Below are positions 37,801 through 52,800 of a stretch of 64,000 nucleotides of DNA, one piece after another. The stretch's first letter is position 1. Each line of letters begins with the position of its first letter. The DNA is taken from the NCBI GenBank assembly GCA_002633005.1, contig NMRA01000075.1, forward strand, positions 821,843 through 885,842. The letters run 5' to 3'. The position numbers and the translations under genes were made by a program. The DNA comes from Phoronis australis (Eukaryota; Animalia; Phoronida). The notes beneath the pieces were generated by a model. It was not told the origin of the DNA. It saw only the letters and a list, made by a program, of their open reading frames with translations, and ran no database searches.

Positions 37801-40800
37801 ACAACAAATTCGTTGGTTTCTGATATATGGATTCACGTATTTGCTCACACTGTACACGTATATCAACTGATTCATGGCTGATTTTTAGCATTTTTTGAAA
37901 ATTAATGATGCTTCAAACAACTCGGTTGCAGGCTGAAGTTGATAAATTCTGTGTCAACCTATTCTGGAATAGTAAAGTACACTACACGATTTTTGGAACA
38001 ACTCTCAGAGATATTGACGGACTTCGGACAGTTCTACAGGCTTCCCAAAAATTCAGTCACGATTCAAATGACTGTAAAAGCTATTATGATAAGGCTAGGC
38101 CATTCCTGTTGAAGCACATGGGTCATTCTTCTCACAAACATCTCAAGCATCGGCTGGTGCAGGTAAAGTCGAAGCAAATGAGTCAATTCTAGGTTGATTG
38201 GCAAATTATATTTAATTGACAACGAAGCCCCGTGATAGTCCTGCCGCATAATCCTTGTCAGATTTGTTAGTAGCGTAACAGAGTTTAGAACAGTGTCTTA
38301 AAAGAAAACATCCCCCCACAGTTAGTGTGTTTCGTTATATTGGCGTGACCACGGATGTTACTAGTGCAGTGTCACCTCCAGTCAGTGTTTAAGTAGCTTA
38401 ATCTTGTTTTTGTATTCTTCCGCAGATGCGTGATTTGTATTATTTGTTTAACCAAAACAAAACTAAGAAATAAGAAAATAACAAAAGGCATTTACTTTTT
38501 AAGTCCCATGTTCATACATTTTACAAATACGCGACTGATGACGTAATGAATTCACGGATGATTCGTCTAAGCCATGTGGGGCCTTGTGCGATTTTGTTCA
38601 TGCGTATTGCTTACGATAAGGACAGAGGGACAAGTTAAGCTCAGATACAGCTTTCGCTCTAATGAATATCCTGACTGGTTATGTCTAACAGCGCCCTCTA
38701 GTGGTCAGCATATGTGATAATTTAATCCAGATAACACCGTTTTCAGAAAATGTTCAACTTAAAACGTCGGTACTTTTGAAATAATGAATTACAAGTAGTT
38801 TACTTAGTACTATAAAAAGAAATAAATTGCCTCGTGAACGTACTCACGAAGTGTCCGCTTACAGCGCAAGATCTGCTGACTGTGTGTTGTTTCAGTACCT
38901 AAAATGCTGATCTACCAAATACTCAGGTTTGGTCAGATTGGTCACGTTGAATTTCGCACTGGTGCATAAAATTTTGCATTTCTTCTTCAGGTGGTATATT
39001 TGATAAACATGAAAAGATGGCATTTGACGCCTGGAAAAACGCCATCAACATGTTCAATTCACGGCAGAGCAGCGTTGCTGTGCTTGAGCCTGTAAGTGTC
39101 TTCCTGGATATGAACGATGTGATGACACAGACTGAATTTACCACTCATTGTAAGTATACAGATATTATCAATAAATTTATACGTCGATAATGTAACCTAT
39201 AGTGTTGTGCACAGTCCGTTTACATCACTAAGTAATGTTTATGTGCTGGTAAATGTGTAATTTGATGACATGAACAATTGTATCTGATTAGTGAATAAAT
39301 TTTCATGGAAAAATTCATGTGGCAAAATCGAGAACTTACAAAAATGACTGAACGTTTTCGACCTCCGGGTTTGCAGTCGTCTTCAGAATGATGGCTGAGT
39401 GGCCTTACGGTCACTCGATGAAACTTACCGCATTGGAGAACGCATTGTATACAACCGATAGACGTATTGGCAATGCCACATTTCATTGGCATCTAAGCTA
39501 TCTTGTGCTTCCAACGAACATTATCCTCCATCAATATACCGTAAATATGGCTTTTGATCGATATGCATTTAATCACCACCTACTTAAAGGTGAAGGCAAC
39601 CTTTTTTCATGTTAGTTTTAGCAAAAATAAGGTTCGTTGATTATCCCAAACATATTTTTCACTTATTTACTGCTTTTCGTAATTTAATTAATTACTCGTC
39701 GTCTACTCCGGAAGTGACGTTTTGGGAGGCAAGAATTTCGCGCCAATTTCTTTTCATATAGTCTGACTGTGAGAGCAGCCGAATCAGTCATTGTTCTACC
39801 TCGGTTGTGATAAGTTCGGTCGTCGTTTGCTTTTGCTTACGAGTCAGTCAACATGCCACGCTCATGCAGCGTACTGGGGTGTACTCATTATCGTCTCACG
39901 TACAGAGAAAGAACTGTCCCACTTGCCCGAGTGTCCCGTGACACACTCCCACTGGAGGGTGACCTGAGCACCCAAACTGCTTACATCCCGCCGCATGACT
40001 CTCTTGCCACACACCTGGCACCTTCCAAATAGCTCCAATACAAGTCCACAATAAACTTATCAAACTTAGGCTCACCGATCTGTTCATTGGATGACGAACT
40101 GTCCTCTTCACTGGGTGTCGAACTGGGCCTGTATTCACTCCCACTACTCAACATCGCTGCAGGGCTGCTTATACATGTAGGCTCTGTGCTAGAGACAACA
40201 GCACAGGGCGAATCACTGCTAGTTCCCGGAATTGCACGCAATGGGATACGTTCGGAGGCACGGGTGACAGTAGATGAAGTGCCTCCAGTCACTGTATATA
40301 GTGGCCACAGCTCGCGAGGCTTTTCGCTTCAAAAACCCACGTCTCGGGGTTGGCGACGGGGCACTGCCGGGAATCAACAGCGACGGTATGGTACCCTTCT
40401 TCAGGCGTTGTTTCGCAGGGACCTTCATCAATTCAGCGTACATATCTGTCATAATCTGACGGCAGAAAATGCTTGCCACACACTCGGTAACCCTCCATTG
40501 CTTTGTACATTGCGTGGACGGGTAGCGCTGCGTAGTTCTTAACATGAACGAGCTAGCCAAGAACGGCGAAGTGTGTCATTCATCGGAAAGCGACGCAAGG
40601 TACCCAAAGCGCGTCTGAGACGATAATGAGTACATCCCGGCACGCAGCAACAGCGTGGCATATTGACAGACTTGTAAACAAAAGCAAACGACGACCGAAC
40701 TTATCACAAACGAGATAGAACAGTGACTGACTCGACAGCTCTCACAGTCAGACTATATGAAAAGACATTGGCGCGAAACTCTTGGCTCCCAAAACGTCAC

Positions 40801-43800
40801 TTCCGGAGTAGAGGACGAGAAATTAATCAATTTACTAAAAGCTGTAGTTAAGTGAAAAATGTGTCTGGAATGATCAAAGAACCTTATTTTTGCTAAAAGT
40901 GACATGAAAAATGGTTGCCTTCGCCTTTAATCGGTACATTCTTAATCTGCGCGTACTTAATCGACACGTACTTTTGTATTTAATAAGTATGTAATTAAAC
41001 GATATGTACTTAATCGATACGTACTTGATGGCACGAACTTAACTGGTTTGTACTGAATCAGTAAATACTTAATCAATATGTACTTAATCGGTGTGTACTA
41101 AATCGGTGTGTACTTAATTGGTATGCACTAAATTGGTAAGTACTGACTCGGTATGTACTTAATCGATGTATACAGTGTACTTAATCCACGAGTACTTCAC
41201 TGTTGCGTAATAACTTTGTGCTTACTTACCTTGTGTGTACTTACTTAGTGTGTACTTAATCGGTGCATACTTAATGGGTGCGTACTTAAGTGGTGATTGC
41301 TTTACGCTGGTCCTCCTAAGGACAAGGGGACATGACACTCTGGACCACTTCGGGGTTGTTTAGAGCATTCCATGTGGCAAGTACGACCAATGTATACCCA
41401 TGTAATGGAGCGCCAGCTCGGCTGAGTCTGAGTGAACAGAGATATGAGGTGGAGTGCACACACACGCAACTGTTCACATACGATCTCAGAAATGGTTGCC
41501 GGACCGGAACACATCGGACACCATAGATTATTACGCTGTTCACAACGGCAAAATGGCACCCTTTTCCGTTTCCGTCGTGCTTGCCTGCTGTAGGTGAATG
41601 AATCGTGACAACTGCATAAATGTCATTGTTGTCCACATGGTTAAGTGACAAGTGAGCTGTAGTTGAATATATTCCATACATGTAATTACCTAAAGAAGCA
41701 ATTTGTCGAATCATTACCAACAGTTCAAAGGAAGGAGGACGTAGAAAAAAAACTCAAGAAGTGCTTTAGTGAATAGTCATATACCGGGCAATGAAACAGG
41801 TTGGACTAAAAGAAACATTAATTAACCCATGCATTTTATTTCAGCAATGCTATCACCCACAAAATAACTCGTTTGGGTATTAACATGGATGGGAAACTAC
41901 GAGATTATTTTGTTAGTACATGTATCTGTGTAGAAAGTAATGCGATATTCTATGTAATTTATATCCTATGGCGGCCACAACTTACCAAAAGTCTACAGTA
42001 TACGTTGCATCTGGCGAAAATTTTTGACGATTTCCATGTCACTCTCGTTGAAACATCTCAAGAGTCCTGATAATTGGTCGGTGCAATCTTTCGCTTTTTC
42101 GCTGAACACCACAATGAAGACGGATGCAAAATGGTTTCTTTAGCATACTATAGTTACAAATGAACCTTAACAATTGGTTACAAATTATGTAACCTGGTTA
42201 AACTATTTAAATGTTCCGTTCCTTCTATTTTACAACCGGTGTAAAACGTATTGTGTCCGGCTAATGTAGTGTTCGGCTTGCATGTCCTCCAATGGAACAT
42301 CCGGGTAATTTATCGAATAACGGGCCCGTGTGCTGGGACTCTCCTTACAACTTCACCGTACAACAATCACGTCTCTCCATGTCTCCATTTCTAGTTTGTA
42401 ACATCGCTTCCCGCGGCGTCGTCGCCATGTTCGGTTCCGTGCATCCTAATATACAAGAGTCTTTGATGTCCTACACCAGCCGTCTTCACATGCCATTCAT
42501 CACGCACAGCAACGCCTACCTTGGATACAATAACAACTCGTTCGTACTCAATCTTCAACCCCGCTACACCAGTGCACTGGTTGACGTTATAGCAGATTTA
42601 AATTGGAAGTCACTTCATTACGTTTATGAAGATTTTTCAGGTATGCATAACGAAGACGCGTCTTCTCTTTTGTTTCGAAATGACTTTTATTTGCACAATT
42701 GTCTAACTTCTATTTTTGTAACAGTAAGTCAGACTGGTTGAGTCCCATATGTGAAGCGATCTAAAAAGTCTTGCGCATATTGTTACCATGGCGGCAACAT
42801 TGTGTATGTTTCATAAAAAGACAATGTCACGTGACCCAATCAATGACAATTTGGTATAAAGTTAAAAATAAATATCCCTAAGCGTTTTGATTTCAAGAAA
42901 TATACACTTAACAGAACTACTTTCTACAGTTTTCTAGACGTTTGGCTTTATGCCCAAAGTTCACGACAAGACCCCTGTGATGATAGTTGCTACTGCAGGG
43001 GTCTATTGCTATTGTTAATGTTATGATTATAATTGATATTGATAGGGTGTTATGGAGATGTAGCTTTAGGTATCACTACCTAGGAATAAGGTTGAAGAAA
43101 TTGTTGTTATATTTGGTACAACATAGGTGTGGTGTTAATGTGACGACTGTGTTTGACCTTATGTATGTATGATGTTGCATGCAATGATTATACATGCCAA
43201 ACTAGATGCACTAAGTACAGTGTTAATTGGATTGTTGTATTTAACACAAGATGGAGGTCTACCAGGCTTGCGTCCTCACCACTTTCCTATACAGCAGGGA
43301 ATCATGGTCGCTATACACCCGTCAAGAGCGCATTACTCAACTCCTTTTAAATGCGTTGCTTAAGAAATATATTCGACATCAAATGGCAGGATTGTGTCTT
43401 CAACAAAAACTTCTAACCCAGGCGGGACTGCCTGTTATGTACGCAATGCTTACCCAGAGGTGCCTCCGTTGGCCTGGCCACGTGAGGCGCATGGACGATG
43501 GGCAAGTGCCAAAGGGCATAATTTATGGAGAGCTTGCCACTAGAACCAGACCTGCAGGAAGGCCCATACTTCGTTCTAAAGATGTTTACAAGCGTGATAT
43601 AAGGATGGGAAACATCATCGCCGCAGACTGGGAAGCTGGGGCCTCCGATCTCTGCAGGTGAAGGTCGACTCTCAAGTCATGCATCAAAATCAGTGAGCAA
43701 AGAAGAGAAGAAAAACCGGCTCTACTTAAAGAACACAGGCGTCAGAACACATCCTCTGCTCCTACTGATCAAGATCAAGTACATGTACACATCTGCGACA

Positions 43801-46800
43801 ACTGCAAGGGAGTAGAATAGGACTTTTTAGCAGGCGACGCTGCAATCCAACTAATGACTGAGAGAGGGCGCATATCCATTGTCTCTCGAGACAGACGGCT
43901 GCCAACCAGATATAGAGTTAATCGGATTATTGTATTTGACACAAGATAGATATAATGTTGATTGGACGATAGAATTCTGGCCTAGATCCTAGGTATAATG
44001 TTGATTAGAATACTTTATTTGTGCCTAGAAAGATAGGGTGTTATTTGGACGACAGCAGGGAAATAAAGTTTTAATTGAATGATTGCATTTGATGCTAGAT
44101 ACGTATAAGGTCGATTGGATTATTGTATTTGACTCTAGATATGTAGTGTCAATTGGGTGATTGTATTTGACGCTAAATGGGCAAAGTGTTAACTGAATGA
44201 TTGTATTTGACACTAGATAGGTAAAGTGTTGATTTGATGATTGATTTTGATACTAGATAGGTATAGTATTACTTGGGTGTTTGCACTGTATATGTATAAC
44301 ATTAGTACAATGATTGAAGTTGATACTAAGTAGGTATATTGTTAATAATTATAAGTATAGTGTTAATGGGATGGTTCTTGTTGATACTGTATAGGTATGA
44401 TGTTAGTGGAAAGACTACAGTAGATACGATGTAGCTGCAACGTTAATGCAATAGTGATAAATGATAGTATGTATGCAAAACTGTAATGCTTTGATTATAA
44501 TTAATACTATATAGATATAACGTTATTGAAATGACAATAGTAAAAAACTATACAGGTATAACGGTAATGCAATGAGTAAAGTTGATATCACATATTAGGT
44601 AAACTGTTAACATAAAGATCATAGTTGGCACTACATGTACCTCAACATAGTCTTGATTTATAGATGTAGTGATAATAAGTTGAGTTTAGTGGCACTTCAT
44701 TTTTTCGGTAGATTTTGTAAATACTTCACTGAGACTGTTCACGTGACGGATCTCTTCCTATATGTATGTACTTGCGCGTTAGGCTGCAAGTTTTCTCTAG
44801 AAAAAAGATAACAAAGATGAAAGAACCGGTGACTGTGCATTGAACTTGTAACATCTCCTGAAAATATTTAAATAACAACAATATTTCATATTTTAGCTAC
44901 CGAGGAATCGGCGCCTGAGTTCCACACAACATAATATTTAGCAATTGAAAACTGAGACAGAACTGCCATATAATTAACAGTCCTGTTCCGGATGTTACGA
45001 TTGATACCTGACTGCATGCTGAGTGTTACTCACACTGTTGCAATTGTATTACTTTAAACTATTTTCCGAAAGTTCGATGATCGAACCAGCTATCGACGTT
45101 GAGTCGACATTGACCTACCTTTTGAACTTTCCATGTCAGAGGTCGCTGTTGAAGTAGTGCGGGAGGTGAATACGGAAAAAATATTACATGGCCGTATTTT
45201 CCTTGACTGATTCAACGAGTGTGCGATAAATTGTTTATGCAATGATTATAGTTGTCTCTAATGAGATTCAATTTTATAATAATGAATATAGCTACCGTTA
45301 CTGAGGCATCATATAGTTGTCAGTACATAGCTAAATTGTTAAATTATTTTTTCATTTCGACACTACACACTGTAAGTAAAGTGTTACGGTAATGGTTATA
45401 TTTGGCACTACATACAGTAGGTATGTTTTAGCGTAATTTTATAGCTGATACAGCATCAGTATAACTTTGAACCTATGACTATTGTTTATATTTAACCCAA
45501 CGAATATAGTTGATGCTTTACAGAGTAATAACATGCATTAATGACACCACATATGCATAGTGTTAATGCAATGAATATATTTGGGGCCACATGTAGTATC
45601 AATGTAATGATTGCATACTTCGTAAGTATAAAATATAGTAGTAGTATGTGTCTATAGGTGTTACTACCTCGGTATCGTGTTCGTTTAATAGATGTGGTTG
45701 TTGCTCCTTAGGTCTAGAATGACTATAGTTGGCGTTAAATGTAGTGTAAATCTACCGATTGTTACTACGTAAGTATAATATTAGTATGTGATTATAGGTG
45801 TCACTACCCAGGTATCGTGTTCATGTAACGATTGTAGTTGTTGCTGATTGCGTCTAGAATTAAGGCAGTGATTATTGTTGGCGCTACATTTAGTGTTGAT
45901 ATAATAATTGCTACTCGTACGTCTAGTGCTAGTTACAGTAGATGATAATGGGTTTCATTAACCGAGTATGGTGTTCATGAAATCAGTACTGATACCTGTA
46001 GTTGGCAATACCCAGGCATTGCCTTGAAGAAATACTCATTACTGACACTATTGACGAATATGGTGTTATTGTGAAAATTGTGGTTTTTTACTACCTTAGA
46101 ATGTCCTTCGTACTGACAACACTATGACTGTAAGAGTCACTGTGCGAATGAACAATGATTCCATTCGTTTCAGGGCTGAAAAGAGCACAGGAACTGATTT
46201 CGGCCTTCGCTGACGTCGACTGTCAAACACACGTCTATCTTAAAAGGTTGCACAACATTACTAGTGCAAAAGACGAGATTGTATCTTTGACACGTTGGAG
46301 TAACAATGATAGGACTAACATATTGTTAGACCTTAGTGCGGAAGACACCAAATATCTCATACATAACATGGTACAGCGTTACAGCAGATTACCTGGCACT
46401 TAATGATAAATTTTTGGAAAAGTGGCTGCGTATTTTTGGAAACTGTGGCGCTAAAATTATCCTTCATACTCTGCTCATATGGCTAGTTACCAACAAAGGC
46501 ACCCGGCGTTAAATGATAGGGTGGACTTGTAATCCCAATTTATAATTTCTTGTCAAAATAAAAATGCTTCATCATAATGTATTACATACATATTCCGGAA
46601 CAATTCAACAGATTTTCAAAACATGTAAACAGTTATCAAAAATACGCCCATAGGGGTAGTATTGGAAAATTATCCGAAAATACGCCCAACTTTTGTTGTT
46701 ATAACTCCAAATGCCGCAAGGTAGACATACGCTGCTCGTCATCACAAACATTGCCACACCCATCATATACGCTATTACCGTCATCATCACGATCAGCTGC

Positions 46801-49800
46801 AGAGTTGTTGCTGACCGGACCTCAGCACGTGCTTTTGACGTCATAGATAATTAGTTCCATGCTTTGTGAGCTCCAGCCAGCACTGCGAATATCTGTTGTT
46901 GCATGTGCTTCATGTATTTTCATCCATTCTTTGTGCTTTTCGTCTGAGTGGCTAGATCTTTTTGCCGGCTTGTTATAGTGGTAGCCATGTCTTGTGCATA
47001 TTCTAACGATTACTTACATTCAACAGATGCATACTACTAAGAAAACACTACAGCGGATTCAGTTCGTGGTCTGCGGTCTGGTAAGTGAATCTTCATTAAA
47101 GGAGAATGCCACCCGATTCAATTAGCCTGTTTTACCGTCTTAATCGCTCTACATCCACATCGCCTCTTATACGGTCGACCTCACCACCTTGCCGCGAGGT
47201 GTCGCGTTAACCTGTGAGAAAGGTGATAAGCGACGCAGCGACGCCAGTGGTTCATCTGCAGAGTGAATGCCGCTATATTGTGATGCATCGTTCCCGCTTG
47301 TCCGAACTATGAAGCTGCGAAGAAAGCGGGTATATCGTTTTTCCGACATTCTCGAGAGCCCGAAATGTTTAGGAAGTGGCTCGCGGTAGTGAAGAATGAA
47401 AAGTACGCTGTTAATAGCAAATATGAGGCCGCTAAATATCTCCGTGTCTGTGGCCGGTATTTTGTCGACAGTAATTTCTCTGACGAATACTGGCTTACCA
47501 AAGTACTATCCATATGTTCCGTTGGCTGTGCATGTTCACGGCGCCTCTTTAGTATTTCTTAATAAGTGTATTTCGGTTCGAACTGATAGCCTGTGAAACC
47601 TAACGATCCGACCCGTGAAGTCTTCGTCGGATGAGCTCCTTGACTAAGTCGGGATTGGCGCCAGGCGACTTGCTATGTATACGTTTGTTATTCTGCGTTC
47701 TGTTCCAAAATGAATTATTCTCACCCTAACCAATGCTCATATAAAACTGAAACAAAGTCTGTCTCATTTGATACAATTTGTAATGCATTTGGAGTATTTG
47801 TGAGTGCAAATATTTTGAGATGCCAGCAATGAATAAACCACTGTTTTACCGGCTTTAGATGGGCACCGACGCCGTGTGAGCGCACGCTTATTCAGTGTTG
47901 CTGACAGAAAGCTGTTGTGAGACAATAACTCGATTTTATATGCTATGGTCACATGTTAGGGGAATCTTTATTTAGATATACAAATTCATTATTCAAATCA
48001 TTGTTCCTGCACAACCTTTACCCTGACTGTTCTGTGGAAGGGGAACTTGACTTCGCGGTCCCCGACAAGTAAAGTAGATTTTCAGTTTTGTGGCTAAATT
48101 ACCTAAATAATTACATAGACATTATTTCTTGGGCTCACTATTATAGTCTTTTCGTGACTGGAGGTTTAGTGTACGTGTTGTCTAGTCAAGGCGGCCGCGA
48201 CGGGCTTCCGACCTATTGGCGGTGAGTAATAAGCGTCTTGTGTGTTTAGAACTGAAAAAATCGCAAGTCTAAAAGTTCAACACACAGCTATGTTTCCCCG
48301 TCTGTATTTCACGGAAGAATGATTCGAATTTATCACCAAGCAGACCCAAACTCCCGCGATCGACCATGGTAAATTGGTCTCAGTACCGAACTCTGTAGGC
48401 TATGGTACGTTCAAATACCTATAAATTCGTAACAGTGAAATAAAACAACACGTCTGAACTTGATGTGTTTGTAAGGGGTTAACGCCGAATTTTGATGATT
48501 CATTGGTGTAAAACGACGAATTCAAGCGATAAGTTGACACAAGTAAGCGTGTTGTGAACGGCTGAACAGACTGCGTTAGAACCGATTGCGTCATTGGTTA
48601 ATTTCAGCACCTCCGTCTCCCGTTAGGTGTGAGGTAAAACAACTGAAGTAGCTGTTATCGAGTGGAACTACTCGATCTAAATTCATACAAAATAGGTTGT
48701 TTTTTGGTGGCATTCTCCTTTAACGTTACTCCATACAGGTAGCCACATTACGAAGTACCGGCACAATGCCGATGATGCAGTTATGATTTGCAACATCCTT
48801 CTTTTACTGTCACGTGCATGTCTAATGATAACTACATAACGTTCAGGATAATCCCACTGTAGCATCTCTTTAGAATTCAAATGGTTGTGACTGAAACCAA
48901 ACATGGCAAATCTAAGGTTTGTCTTGCATAGATTTTTTTGAAAACAGAAGGTGATTGCTAGTCGTTGTCTACACATTTTAAAGCCAGCAATGACTGAATC
49001 TTCTTCCGCAGCACATAGGTGACTGAAACTGTGTTGAATCCTTTTGAGCACAAAATGTAGACAGGCATTTGTCTCTTACATACTACAGCTCTCGTTTCTG
49101 CTGTGTTTACATTGTTCAGATAACCTGCAAAACTCGGGGCGTTTTTGAACAAATGATGTACAAAATGAGAAATTTAAAACGAAAATCTCGATGCCTTTGT
49201 AGACTATGTTAAGGCATCTTGAGAATGCTACAGGACGTCACACCTTCTGCGCAATACATGTAACTTAAAGTAATGCTAAAAAATAATGCTCATTTTACAT
49301 AGGTATAGACAATGTGATTAACACAGACGAGGGTGAGGGTTCCAACCGAGCATCAACTGGTTATTTCATAACCACAGTGGCCGCACATGCAGTAAACAAT
49401 TGTCTTCCCTAGTGGACACCGTGCTACATTGTTTGTAGACACTGCCTTTCATATTTTGTGCATATGCTACCATGTAAACGTCGTCACTGGTTAATACCCA
49501 CGTTTGGAAGGCGAGCCTTATCGTAAATTCCGTCACCAGCAGTGCTTTTTTTTCTTGAACGGTTTGAGAATCTTCGTACATGTAATTTAATATGTGTGTC
49601 TTTTAACCGCGCTTTGGTTCACGCGTTGTACGTATTTTTTCAGAAGTAATGTTTTAAATAAGAATAGCAACTAGATGTAACAGCTTTCAAGGTTGACAAT
49701 AGCAAAATACTAGGGCTAGAACCATTAGATGCAGGTCAGAGGTCACAGTAGCCGTTTTCAAGTGCATTCTTTCTATCAAATTGTCTCTCTCTAACACTTA

Positions 49801-52800
49801 AAACTTGCATTAGATATTGCATTAGAGTAACAATTGGCATTTTATCGCAACTAAAACTGATTCTTCCAGGGGTTCAACGAACTGGGCTTGCAAAACTACT
49901 CTCGCATCAATGTCAAAATTTTGGGTCTGAGCATAGAGGATACTATACAAGTTAACCGTCACTCTTCCAGAATGAATGCTCGTCAGCCTTCCAGAATGAA
50001 AACTCGTGACAAACCAGCAGTGGATTATACGGTAGTGTATGCTTGCAGAGTAGGCCACGGCTGTGGTGACGGATGCATTAATGATGGCAATGACAGTGAC
50101 GAGGATACTGACAATGGGGATGGTCACAAAGGAGATTCCAGCTGATGGGCGCTGTGAGACCACCAACTGCGACTACTGTACAAACGACTCCTTGTATTTT
50201 CACGCTGTGTGCAAACCTTCGGAGCGCAATACAGGCCCAAACTGTCACAAAGTCCCAGTGTCACAACTTCAAAATTCTATTGTAGTTTAAATGCGCGCTG
50301 CAGGGCCAACTTGTCACAATTTGCCGAAATTGTCATAGTTTTTCGTGTGGGTTGTGTTGTCCCTAATTGTCTCAACGTTCCAAATTTTGCGACAGTTTAG
50401 GTCAGCAGTGCAGGCCCAAATGTTCAACATTTTTCCTAATAATTACATTTTTTGCGTTTGACAGATTTGACCTGTATTATAATAAAAGCCCAAATTATCA
50501 CAAGAACGTACATGTGACGCGCAAATATTCTAGCTATAAAGATTGGACATTCCGCCAAAAGTGCGCGAACTATAGTATAGGCCCAACACACGTAAAAACT
50601 GTTGTGACAATTTGGGACGCTGTGTCTATTTCAGTTTGCACAGGGCACAAACTGTCTTAATTTTTAGTGGTGGAAATTTGTGGTTTGAGTGGTTGAGCAA
50701 ATTTTATAACCACTGGGAAAGTTTGTGCAGAACTTCAAAGTGGTTTTGCCGGAAAGCTAGAGACGACCGACGTAGTGGACAAGATCGAGACTACCGACGG
50801 GACAAGACCGCTTTCGCCCCTGCTAGACACGGGATTGAAAAGAATGGTTTCGGAACCAATTTAACTGTGACGACAGAGTGGACAAGAGTGCCGGGACTGA
50901 CAAAAAGACGAGGTTCACGGCAATTGCGATGTTGACAATAACTTCTATACAAAGGGGTGATTGTGAAAACAAATGGACATTTGTGCAAACGATAGTGGTA
51001 CTGATGCGTGTCATTAACATCGCATTTACTGAAAAAGCTTTTAAAATCTTCATTTTAACATCATTGCTATTTGATTCCAAAATCGCGACAGTTTGTTTTG
51101 TTTTTGTTTTTTTTTTGAAGTGACAATTTGGGGATTACGACAGCTTCTACAATCACACCAACCTTGTGACCATTTAAGGTTTGTGACAGTTTGTGGTTTA
51201 CCAGCGAGCCACTGGATCTACCCCCCTCCCTTGGTATAGATGTCCATTAATTTGGACTTTTGCGTTAGTAGTAGACAGTTTAAACACGAGCAGAAACATT
51301 TGCTATTCAAGTAAGAAAATTCAGATCATAGTCTGTTAAAATGTCTGTTCACGTATCCTATTTGTAATCTATAACGTACATCGAGTCCTTGCTGTTTGGT
51401 AAAGATAAAATGGTACCACTTCCAAAGTAAACTACAAGTAGCAATTTCTTCGTTCTGCTTTTAAGCATACCACAAACACTGGACTGGAGTCAATCGAAGT
51501 GTTCGTGCGCGCAATGCACGACCTCATTACCGCGTACCCTTCTGTTTTAACGGAAACCCTCTTGGTGAATCCGTCCCGATTCATGAACGACGACAAGCCC
51601 GGAATATCCTGCGAACAAAACCCCACACCATGGATCCACGGGCAATTGATTACGGAGATTTTAAAGAAGGTATATATTGTAAATAATACGTTGTTCCATG
51701 GGTGGCACAGCACTGAAATAAGTGGGGGGACTATAGTCCCTCCTCCAGCCCCCTATGGTGTTCCACCCGTGTTGTATCAAGTCCTATATTTGCGTGAGTG
51801 ACTTTTAGTATCACTACTGTTCAGAGAGCTTCTAGAAAGAATTTGCTTTTCACACTTTTCACTTGTCGCAGGTGTAGCGAAGGAGCCGGTTGGCCCCTGG
51901 TGCAAACAGAGGAGAGGATCCTTCAGAAAATAACACATTAAAAGGTGGATATATGCTTCACATGGGCATAGACGTTGTATTATATTTTAATATAAAACCA
52001 CAGATTATTCTGTCCTCTGTAGTCGATGGTTGTATCAAGCTTCCAGACGACAGATGTCGCTATTACCACTAACAAATTACGCGCTGCCGAAACCAGAAAC
52101 TTTGACTGCCAAACTAATTGCTGACAGTATAACATTAGGTAGTACTTTGCCATGTACATTTTCCTCGCGTGAACGGAGAGGCGTATTAATTGGATGTTGG
52201 AAAACAAACCTGAAATTTAATTAGAAATCTACAATTTTGTAAAAGAGATTGACCAATTTAAACATCAAGGTAATTGTTTCATTATTGCGCTGATTGCACG
52301 GTAGACCATCTCGCCAACTAAAACTGGAATTCAAAAATAACTTTTGGTTGAGGCCTTGTAATGTTATAAAATCAGTCTTAGCTCATTCCTCATTCAGATT
52401 TGAAATAATTTCTAGGCTTGAGAAGGACAGGTTGTTGTTTTCGCCTGACCCGGCTCCTTAGTTGCTGCTTCCAAGGCAATGGGACTGTCAAGGGAATTGC
52501 ACGGAAGTTGTGAATCAATTTCAGTTCAAGTAAAGAATAAGAACGCGATGGTGTTGATTTGGAGGAGCAAACACATCTGTGAAGAAAGTTGGCGTTTTCA
52601 ACGTTTACAGCGACTGTATTCCCAATGACACATGAAATCAATCATTTGATTCAAAGAATTCCAAACACGATTCAGTTCGGCACAGCAGTTGCTAGGTCTC
52701 CTCAATTGAACCAGTTTCTGTAAATCCTTTCAGATAAAATACAAAGGTGTCACAGGATTCGTTGCTTTTGATGGTGACGGTTACAGGCAGGATTTTACTC

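Noticed and set aside
40087-40542. 151-aa plus-strand ORF
   Set aside because: Antisense shadow of the THAP transposase remnant.
50050-50135. Asp/Gly-rich or Met/Thr-rich ORFs
   Set aside because: Product of a short hexamer-like microsatellite just inside the intron after exon 6.
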